Sequence record: PZ445527.1 | Strand: one strand, 5' to 3' | Source of the DNA: a phage | DNA: 64,000 bases | Part shown: positions 37,003 through 44,395 of the stretch, in pieces | How positions within the stretch are numbered: position 1 is the first letter of the stretch | Layout: every line of letters begins with the position of its first letter | Notes under the pieces: model-generated | What the model saw: the letters and a program-made list of their open reading frames with translations, nothing else | Told to the model about the DNA's origin: nothing | Database searches by the model: none | Made by a program: the position numbers and the translations under genes

Positions 37003-37755
37003 TTACACCTTCCCCATGTCTTTAAAAATATCGTAGAATGCTTTAGACTCAGCAGAACGAACGTTATCAATTAATTCGATCATTGAGAATGGAGCATTTT
37101 CATATTTCTCATAAACTTCCATAAGAAGTGCTAGACCTGAGTCACCTTTAATGTCTTTCTGAGCTATATCCCCGCAGATAATCAAACGGCAGTCTTGTCC
37201 TACACGAGTTAGGAGACAAACCATTGCCTCAACGGAAATATTCTGAGCTTCATCGACAATTACATAGGAGTTGTTGAAAGTTCTGCCACGAGCATGTTCT
37301 ATAGCCAAAAATTTAATTTTCTGACGTTCGACATATCCCTTATAGGCATGATCACCGATGGCCCATTTCATACCATCAGCTATTGGCTCCAACCAAGGCT
37401 CTAGCTTTTCGGCTAGATCACCAGGAAGCATACCAAGAGACTTACCTAGAGGTTCATTAGGACGTACGAGAATCACTTGCTCAATATCTGAGTGAATGTC
37501 TACGAGTTCCTGAGCTGCAAGAACGGACGGAATAAAGGTTTTACCAGTACCTGGCTCACCGATACCCACAGTCACTGTGTTGTTCTTGATCATATTGATA
37601 TATGATTTTTGCTCGCGGTTTTTACCTACTAGGGATTTAGCAACTGGGTTAGCGTAATCATTAGAAAAATCAGCCTGAATTACGTTATTCTCATATTTGT
37701 TGCCACGCTTTCTTGAACCATTGCGGTTCTCTCTTTTTTGACGTGCTTTTCCCAT
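37003..37755 (-). CDS. phoH: PhoH-like ATPase
   Basis: Walker A GEPGTGKT and VIVDEAQN Walker B; start at MGKARQ Met after AGGAGTG RBS. Confidence 0.85.
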   Translation of the reverse strand: MGKARQKRENRNGSRKRGNKYENNVIQADFSNDYANPVAKSLVGKNREQKSYINMIKNNTVTVGIGEPGTGKTFIPSVLAAQELVDIHSDIEQVILVRPNEPLGKSLGMLPGDLAEKLEPWLEPIADGMKWAIGDHAYKGYVERQKIKFLAIEHARGRTFNNSYVIVDEAQNISVEAMVCLLTRVGQDCRLIICGDIAQKDIKGDSGLALLMEVYEKYENAPFSMIELIDNVRSAESKAFYDIFKDMGKV

Positions 37756-37830
37756 AAATAACACTCCTATAGTGTACTTCGCTTCTAACAGAGGATCAAC
37801 AAAAGATCTTGTTTATCAACTTACAAATAT

Positions 37831-37859
37831 ATTATACCAGTATATACAGTAAAAAGCAA
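37831..37859 (-). promoter_or_regulatory. sigma70-type promoter upstream of phoH
   Basis: TTGCTT, 17 nt spacer, TATAAT. Confidence 0.6.
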
Positions 37860-38030
37860 CTACAATTTTAAATAAGCCTATGATATTGCATTTAAATAAA
37901 AAATTTGCTTGCTTATAGAGGTAGAAATATGATACTAGATAATCATTTATTTATATGTAAAAATACTATGCTGTATAGCATCAATAAAAATTGATAAAAA
38001 TCAAAAGTCAAATAGTATTAGAAAAATGTA
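37860..38030. promoter_or_regulatory. AT-rich divergent intergenic region with palindromes at the strand switch
   Basis: No ORF; AT-rich; contains palindrome ATGCTGTATAGCAT; lies between outward-facing promoters. Confidence 0.35.
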
Positions 38031-38031
38031 G

Positions 38032-38060
38032 TTGACGTATGGGGTGGAATTATGTATAAT
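38032..38060 (+). promoter_or_regulatory. sigma70 promoter
   Basis: TTGACG, 17 nt spacer, TATAAT, then AAGGAG RBS and ATG at 38082. Confidence 0.7.
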
Positions 38061-38081
38061 ATGTGAATTAAGGAGAATTTA

Positions 38082-38747
38082 ATGGTAAGAAAGAAAATAA
38101 CTACAGAAGATGTGAACTTAGCACTTGCTCCCAGAGGAATAATTATGCTAAGCACGTATATATCAGCTAAATCCAATGCTATATTTAAGTGCTCTAATGG
38201 GCATAGTTGGGAGGCTAGAGTAGATAATGTAAAAGGTGGGAGAGGTTGCCCTTATTGTGCTAGTCGTACTTTAGATCTTAAAGAGGTAAATGAATCCTTA
38301 GCTGCTCGTGGAATAAAGATGGAAGGTAAATACATCAATTCTAAGAGTAAAATTATGTTCAGCTGTGAGAATGATCATAGGTGGGAGTCTACCCTTGATA
38401 GTGTTAGAAATCATAATTCTGGTTGTCCTATATGTTTATTAGAGAAGGATAATTATCCTACTAACGTATATATTTTAGTAAGTAGTATGGGAACCAAAAT
38501 AGGGATGTCTAGCAGAACTAAAGATAGACTCAGAGATATTAAAACTTCTTCTAACATACATGATTTAAAAATATTTAAGGAATATAGCTTTTCAGATAGA
38601 TCAAAAGCTGTGCGTATTGAAAGAGAAGCCCATTTACAGTTTAAGGAATATAATTGTCAGTACAAAGATTTTGATGGTGCTACAGAATTTTTTAGTATTG
38701 AGCCAGAAGTAGTAGCAAGGTTTATTGAGGAAATAATTAATGAATAA
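38082..38747 (+). CDS. zinc-ribbon plus T5orf172/GIY-YIG-like nuclease-domain protein (putative homing endonuclease)
   Basis: 221 aa; two CxxGHxW...CPxC zinc-ribbon repeats and C-terminal region VYILVSS...RLRDIKTS...REAHLQFKEY resembling the T5orf172 domain. Confidence 0.55.
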   Translation: MVRKKITTEDVNLALAPRGIIMLSTYISAKSNAIFKCSNGHSWEARVDNVKGGRGCPYCASRTLDLKEVNESLAARGIKMEGKYINSKSKIMFSCENDHRWESTLDSVRNHNSGCPICLLEKDNYPTNVYILVSSMGTKIGMSSRTKDRLRDIKTSSNIHDLKIFKEYSFSDRSKAVRIEREAHLQFKEYNCQYKDFDGATEFFSIEPEVVARFIEEIINE

Positions 38748-40587
38748 AGATGAATTGATTAGAAACTGCAAAGAAATTATTGAGGGTTCTGCTGATGAAG
38801 AGCTTCTCTTTAATAATGCGAATAAACCCTCTGAGCGTTTCCCTACACAAAGGGATATGCTTGCAGGGGAATTGAGTAAATATCTGATTCTAGAAGAAAT
38901 GCCAATTCAGATTCGAAATGCTCATATGATTGGAGATATTCATTTCCATGATGCTGACTATGCTGCATTAGGCATGACTAACTGTTGCCTAGTAGCCCTG
39001 GAAGATATGTTGAAAAATGGTATGAAAGTTGGTAATGCTGAAATTAGTACACCAAATTCTATTACTACTGCGGCGGCTATTACTGCTCAGATTATCACTC
39101 AGGTTAGCTCCCATCAGTATGGTGGTACTTCTGTAGATCGCCTTGATGAAGTATTAGCCCCTTATGTTCGTAAGTCCTATGATAAAAATCATGCGTTTGC
39201 AAAACGTTGGACTAAGGATGAAGCTAAAGCATCTGTAATGGCTACGGAGATGACTGAAAAAGAAGTCTATGACGCTTGCCAGGGTTTAGAATATGAAATC
39301 AATACCATGTTCAACTCTAACGGTCAGAGTCCATTTATTACCTTTGGTTTTGGTCTAGGAACTTCTTGGGAAGCACGTCTAGTACAGAAAGCAATACTGA
39401 AAGTACGCATGGATGGTTTAGGTATCAATAAACGTACAGCTATCTTCCCGAAACTGGTATTTGTACTTCGTGATGGCGTAAATATGAAACCAGGGGATGT
39501 TAATTATGACATCAAGAAGTTAGCTATGAAATGTACTGCTGAACGTATGTATCCAGATTATATCAGCTATGATAAGGTTGTGGAAGTTACTGGAGACTAT
39601 AAAGTTTCTATGGGCTGCCGTTCATTCCTAGCTGCTGCAGAAGATGGTGAAACTGCCGGTCGTAATAACTTAGGTGTTGTTTCTGTAAACTTGCCTAGAA
39701 TTGCTATCGAAGCTGAAGGAAATATTGACCTATTCTTTGATTTGCTTGAGCTACGTGTAGATACAGCATTAAAAGCGTTGGAGTGGAGAGTTGATCGCTT
39801 AAAATACATTCAAGCTAAAGCTGCACCCATCCTCTATATGTCAGGAGCCTTTGGATTACGCTTAGGGCCTGATGAATATGTATTCGATCATTTCTATAAC
39901 CGTGCTTCTGTATCTCTAGGGTATATTGGTTGCCATGAAATGCTACAGTTCATGTTTGGCAAAGATGTAGACACAATGTCCGAGACCTGCATCAAGTTTG
40001 TTCAGCGTGTATTGCAGTACATGCGGGATAGAGTCGATCAGAAGAAGGAAGAAACTAAGTTAGGTTATAGCCTGTATGCTACACCATCAGAGTCCCTATG
40101 TGATCGCTTTTGTCGTCTAGACCGTGAATATTTCCCGGAGCATGAAGATATTCTGTCCAAAGGATACTACACTAACTCTCACCACCTTGATGTGGAACGT
40201 AAAGTTGCCCCTAACGTGAAATTTGATTATGAATCTAACTTTACTCCGATTGCTTCTGGTGGGTGTATCTCTTATGTAGAACTACCAGATATGAAACGAT
40301 TCCCGGATGCACTGGAATGGGTTATTAATTATGCTGCTAGTAAGGTTCATTACTTCGGTATTAATACTCCAGTGGATTCCTGTGGTAAATGTGGATTCTT
40401 AGGTGAAACAGTAGCATCCGAAGATGGATTCAAGTGCCCTATCTGTGGTAATCATGACCCTGAAACTCTTGAAGTAACTCGTCGAGTTTGTGGGTATCTT
40501 GGAAATCCAGGTGCTCGTCCGTTTAACCCAGGAAAACAACATGAGGTTATGGGCAGGGTGAAACATCAGGATATTCGAGCTAAATAA
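38740..40587 (+). CDS. nrdD: anaerobic ribonucleoside-triphosphate reductase (class III)
   Basis: 615 aa; C-terminal glycyl-radical motif RVCGYLG; size similar to phage NrdD. Confidence 0.85.
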   Translation: MNKDELIRNCKEIIEGSADEELLFNNANKPSERFPTQRDMLAGELSKYLILEEMPIQIRNAHMIGDIHFHDADYAALGMTNCCLVALEDMLKNGMKVGNAEISTPNSITTAAAITAQIITQVSSHQYGGTSVDRLDEVLAPYVRKSYDKNHAFAKRWTKDEAKASVMATEMTEKEVYDACQGLEYEINTMFNSNGQSPFITFGFGLGTSWEARLVQKAILKVRMDGLGINKRTAIFPKLVFVLRDGVNMKPGDVNYDIKKLAMKCTAERMYPDYISYDKVVEVTGDYKVSMGCRSFLAAAEDGETAGRNNLGVVSVNLPRIAIEAEGNIDLFFDLLELRVDTALKALEWRVDRLKYIQAKAAPILYMSGAFGLRLGPDEYVFDHFYNRASVSLGYIGCHEMLQFMFGKDVDTMSETCIKFVQRVLQYMRDRVDQKKEETKLGYSLYATPSESLCDRFCRLDREYFPEHEDILSKGYYTNSHHLDVERKVAPNVKFDYESNFTPIASGGCISYVELPDMKRFPDALEWVINYAASKVHYFGINTPVDSCGKCGFLGETVASEDGFKCPICGNHDPETLEVTRRVCGYLGNPGARPFNPGKQHEVMGRVKHQDIRAK

Positions 40588-40594
40588 GCTAATC

Positions 40595-40630
40595 AGCCAG
40601 GTTGCTAGTCGACCTGGCTTTTATTTTATT
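40595..40630 (+). terminator. rho-independent terminator after nrdD
   Basis: Hairpin AGCCAGGT...ACCTGGCT followed by TTTTATTTTATTT. Confidence 0.7.
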
Positions 40631-40658
40631 TGCTTTCAGCTAAAAATATATGTATAAT
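40630..40658 (+). promoter_or_regulatory. sigma70 promoter
   Basis: TTGCTT, 17 nt spacer, TATAAT, leader ATAAATTTGAGAGGAG. Confidence 0.7.
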
Positions 40659-40686
40659 AGATTTATAAATTTGAGAGGAGAAGACT

Positions 40687-41067
40687 ATGAAAGTAAAACC
40701 CTATATAGTTGAGTCTACGTGCGGGAGTTTCCATCTAGGAGTGGATGATATTGCAGAAGCTATCTTTGCTGCTACAGGTGATTACTCCCATATAGGGGGT
40801 GCTGCATACCCCACCGTTATTGGTGATTGGGCGGAAACAAATCTAGATGTATCACCATATAGCTCACATTGCTTGTTTGATGAAGACAGAGATGAGGTAA
40901 AATGTAATCTTGAATTTGTATACAATAGAGTACTAAAAGTCTATCAACACAGTGTTGAGGGATATGAAGATATTACTGGAAGTATTAAACAATATCTTAA
41001 AGATGTATACTCTAATTTTTCTGATGAAGACCTGGAAACAGTTGCAGTGGAGTTTAATAATGACTAA
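40687..41067 (+). CDS. hypothetical protein
   Basis: 126 aa ORF with RBS GAGAGGAG. Confidence 0.5.
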   Translation: MKVKPYIVESTCGSFHLGVDDIAEAIFAATGDYSHIGGAAYPTVIGDWAETNLDVSPYSSHCLFDEDRDEVKCNLEFVYNRVLKVYQHSVEGYEDITGSIKQYLKDVYSNFSDEDLETVAVEFNND

Positions 41068-41293
41068 GAATGTGAAACACCTTAAATATCGCTTAATCTA
41101 TAACGGACGTATGGAAACTGAAGAGCTAGCTCAATTAGCTATTAACTCTAGTGAGGTTATGGTGCGTGCGCTAGCAATTGAAAAGTTGCGTGCTTCTTAT
41201 GAAAGCCGTATTATGCAACTGGAGGAAACCCTTTATGGGCTTCTTGAATCAGAAGCTAAAAGCAACCCAGAGGATAGACCTACTAAGCAATAA
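41060..41293 (+). CDS. hypothetical protein
   Basis: ORF 40952..41293; ATG at 41060 overlaps upstream stop (ATGACTAA), giving 77 aa. Confidence 0.45.
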   Translation: MTKNVKHLKYRLIYNGRMETEELAQLAINSSEVMVRALAIEKLRASYESRIMQLEETLYGLLESEAKSNPEDRPTKQ

Positions 41294-41347
41294 AAGGTAT
41301 GCATATTATGGAATAATTTTACCCCAAAACATTATCGAAGGATTTAA

Positions 41348-42187
41348 GTGAGGAACTGTACAGTGCGTAGATTAATTATTATTAGCGGTGCAGGTTTGAG
41401 CGTTGAAAGTGGTGTACGAGCCTTCCGTACTGATACTGCTAGTGGTAAAGCATTGTGGGATGATTATGACTTAGAAGAGGTATGTAATATTCATGCCTTT
41501 CGTGGTAATTTTTATCATAAAACCCATATGTTTTACAACAAGCGTCGTGAAGAGCTAAAAACTATTGAACCCAATCTTGCGCATCTTCGTATTGGTGAGT
41601 GGTATAAACAATACCCAGGTCAAGTAGTAAACTTGACTACTAACGTCGATGACCTTATTGAGCGTGCTGGCGTTCCGCATAGTGACATTCTACATATTCA
41701 TGGGTATTTAAAAGAGGTTGTTGTAGCTGACAGCTACAATAGCAGTAATAAACGAGTTATTGATGTTGGGTATAGCTCTATTGACCCAGATGATTATAAA
41801 TGGGTTAAACCTAATGTAATCTTCTTTGGTGAGCATGCTCCAGCGTACGCAGAAATGTACAATATTTTTGATGGTATTACCAGTCAAGATATGATCGTTG
41901 TAGTTGGTTGCTCTAACCAAGTAATTAACTTCTACTGGGAATTATTCCCTGTTCTTAATTTGACTGCTGCCAAATTAATGGTAGTTAACTACTATGATAG
42001 TGCCCTAGCGACAGAGCCAGGCTATCAAGGTATGACTCGTAGTGAGATGTACCAGCTGGAAGAACGCGGTATCCCTTACTGGAGTAAAGGGGCTGTAGAT
42101 GCCTTCAGTGACCCTGATTTTATTACTCGTGTAGAAGCTCATCTAGAGGGTAGACCTTATATGCCGGGGAAACAAATATGTCCATAA
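41348..42187 (+). CDS. Sir2-like NAD-dependent protein (deacetylase/ADP-ribosyltransferase family)
   Basis: 279 aa; Sir2-type Rossmann motif GAGLSVESGVRAFR, VIFFGE and VVVGCS segments; no obvious Cys4 zinc module. Confidence 0.65.
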   Translation: MRNCTVRRLIIISGAGLSVESGVRAFRTDTASGKALWDDYDLEEVCNIHAFRGNFYHKTHMFYNKRREELKTIEPNLAHLRIGEWYKQYPGQVVNLTTNVDDLIERAGVPHSDILHIHGYLKEVVVADSYNSSNKRVIDVGYSSIDPDDYKWVKPNVIFFGEHAPAYAEMYNIFDGITSQDMIVVVGCSNQVINFYWELFPVLNLTAAKLMVVNYYDSALATEPGYQGMTRSEMYQLEERGIPYWSKGAVDAFSDPDFITRVEAHLEGRPYMPGKQICP

Positions 42188-42360
42188 TTAAATCTGTGTA
42201 TACACACCCTGATGATATATTTGTATGGGCGGATGGTAGTTGGTGCTATCGCTGTGAGCTGTGGGAAATGGACTATAAATCCGATGACTATGGTGTCATA
42301 TATGTTGATACGGTTGAGTATGATACGTTCTTAGAAAGGGACAAAAGTGGAAATAAGTAA
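42178..42360 (+). CDS. small hypothetical protein
   Basis: 60 aa ORF. Confidence 0.4.
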   Translation: MSIIKSVYTHPDDIFVWADGSWCYRCELWEMDYKSDDYGVIYVDTVEYDTFLERDKSGNK

Positions 42361-42855
42361 TACTCCGATTATTTTTCTAGACATTGATGGGGTGCTCAAT
42401 TCGAGCATCTCCCACCATCATGCACCTGATGATGAAAAGATTTTCTTTGGAAGTGACTGGGTTTTCAAACCGCTTCTCAAGGCTTTTCAGGACTTTATTC
42501 GTCCTTCTCCGATAATGATTGTTGGAGTATCCTCATGGTTCTCTGTCAGGAATGAGGTGGAGAACGTTCACATTATGACCGGATTAGGTCTTATCGATCG
42601 TTTTCTAGGTACAACGGATTTTACAGGGGGGTGGATTATCTAGGGGTAATTCTGTTCTTCGTTTCGTTGAAAAGCATAAGCTCAAACATTGGTGTGTGCT
42701 GGATGATGCTGGTGCTATGATGTATCAGTATCCAACAGTTATAGTCAATGGTAGGACTGGGATAAATCTTCAAGATTTAAAAGCTGTTAGCTATATGCTA
42801 GAATTTAGCCCAGATCTTGAAATGTGTAAATCCTTACAACAATTTAAGGTGTAAA
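42347..42855 (+). pseudogene. HAD-like phosphatase/nucleotidase interrupted by a frameshift at a G6 tract
   Basis: N-terminal ORF 42347..42643 has HAD motif I FLDIDGVLN; continuation with WCVLDD motif is open in a different frame from 42609; frames meet at GGGGGG 42626..42631. Confidence 0.5.
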
Positions 42856-42856
42856 T

Positions 42857-43285
42857 ATGTTCAATAATGTATTCTCTAAAGAAGCTAACCCAATTTTGGT
42901 TAACTTTTGGCGTACTCTTCCAGCCAACCTATACAATGAGGCTATTAATGCTCTGAAAATATGGTGTGAGAATAATGAAATCTCCTTTGCTTTTAAAGGT
43001 GAGATTGAAGAGGCTCCGTGTATTGGTTTAATTGTGCAGGTGGAGGATGGTCTTGAAGAGATTGTCGGCTGGAAAGAGTTAGATGAAATGGGCTTGGTTT
43101 TTGCATTAAACTATAAGCTGTTTATGCCTAATAAACACCGTATTGTTGTTAATTATAAAACCAGTGAATCTCCTGGTTTTCAAGTTAATGAACGGTATGG
43201 TTGGTCTTACTCACCAGAAGAGGTAAATGATGGTATCCAAAAACTTCGCCGTTTTGGTTATCAAATTCCGGGTTTAACTGCCTAA
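42857..43285 (+). CDS. hypothetical protein (tandem paralog A)
   Basis: 142 aa; shares conserved block with the next ORF. Confidence 0.55.
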   Translation: MFNNVFSKEANPILVNFWRTLPANLYNEAINALKIWCENNEISFAFKGEIEEAPCIGLIVQVEDGLEEIVGWKELDEMGLVFALNYKLFMPNKHRIVVNYKTSESPGFQVNERYGWSYSPEEVNDGIQKLRRFGYQIPGLTA

Positions 43286-43294
43286 GGAGGCACA

Positions 43295-43681
43295 ATGGAA
43301 CAAGTATATTGGCGTCAGATTGATCCTAGTTTAGTGAAGCGTGCAGAGAAGCTGCTACAACGTTGGTTGGGGGTAAGACAAGCCTCCTTCACTTTTCCGG
43401 AGCAGCAAACGGATGATCCCTGTATTGGTGTTTTCCTATCAGGCTACGCTAGGGAATTGGATTGGAATGAGTTGTCTGCTATGGGTTTAATTGTTGCACT
43501 AAATTTCTTTTTGTTCCATCCACGTGGTTTGGCCATATGTCGTGTGCCTGATGACGGTTGTTCGCCCCATCTTTTACAGGTGAAAGATGATACTTGGGAG
43601 TACACTCCAGATATTCTCAAAGAAGCCAAAGAACAATTGAATCGTGTTGGAATCTATGTTCCAGGCCTGAATGATGAATGA
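43295..43681 (+). CDS. hypothetical protein (tandem paralog B)
   Basis: 128 aa; similar to preceding ORF; RBS AAGGAGG. Confidence 0.55.
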   Translation: MEQVYWRQIDPSLVKRAEKLLQRWLGVRQASFTFPEQQTDDPCIGVFLSGYARELDWNELSAMGLIVALNFFLFHPRGLAICRVPDDGCSPHLLQVKDDTWEYTPDILKEAKEQLNRVGIYVPGLNDE

Positions 43682-43704
43682 TTTTTATTAGCTGAACTCT
43701 AATT

Positions 43705-43730
43705 GCCGAGTCATTTTGGCTCGGTTTTCT
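43705..43730 (+). terminator. rho-independent terminator
   Basis: Hairpin GCCGAG...CTCGG followed by TTTTCT. Confidence 0.55.
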
Positions 43731-43772
43731 CTATGCTCAAAGACACTGGTAGCAGCCCCTGGAAAAATCTAC

Positions 43773-43801
43773 TTGCATGATGCTCAAAATCTTGATATAA
43801 T
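43773..43801 (+). promoter_or_regulatory. sigma70 promoter preceding a long non-coding leader
   Basis: TTGCAT, 17 nt spacer, TATAAT; no ORF of 60 aa or more until 44396. Confidence 0.65.
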
Positions 43802-44395
43802 ATTTATATTGAATTGAGAGACATTAGTAAAAATTGATTTTGCTAATTTTTCTTAGTGAAGCTGACAAGGGATTTACGGCGAGAGGAATCGATGACCCGT
43901 AAATAGCTGCATAAGGTACGTTGCTAGAGCTTTACGAAAAAGTTTTTTCTTGTTTACAATCCGCGATACGGAACAGTTAGGCTGCCCCATTAAGGGTTGT
44001 TTTAACTATTACTAGTGTTTATATTGCATTAGTTAATCTTCAATTAAGTGATCTGTGTACCCTGAATTCGGAAAGGTAAATCCAAACCGTGCATATTTAG
44101 CTCGTTATATAGGCAGAGTTTTATATGGGGGTGCGAACGAAAAGAGCAGCGAATGGCGGCACGTACAGTAGTCACCTACCAATAGGATAGTGAGGACAAA
44201 TAGAATCGGCTTAGCGGCCAATGACCTAGGTTCTATTCTGTATATGAGCGAAGAGAGCACAGCACTGAGATATGATAACTTATTCATATTGTTTGATGAT
44301 AATTGATGTTTACGTAAATAGTAGTAATAGTTGTTCTATTCTTTCTGAATAGTCCTAAAGAAAAGATTTCGATTAACCAACACAGGAGTATTATT

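Noticed and set aside
38740-42187. Expected NrdG activase next to nrdD
   Set aside because: No ORF near nrdD has the CxxxCxxC radical-SAM cluster; the small ORFs at 40687 and 41060 lack it. Either absent or outside the window.
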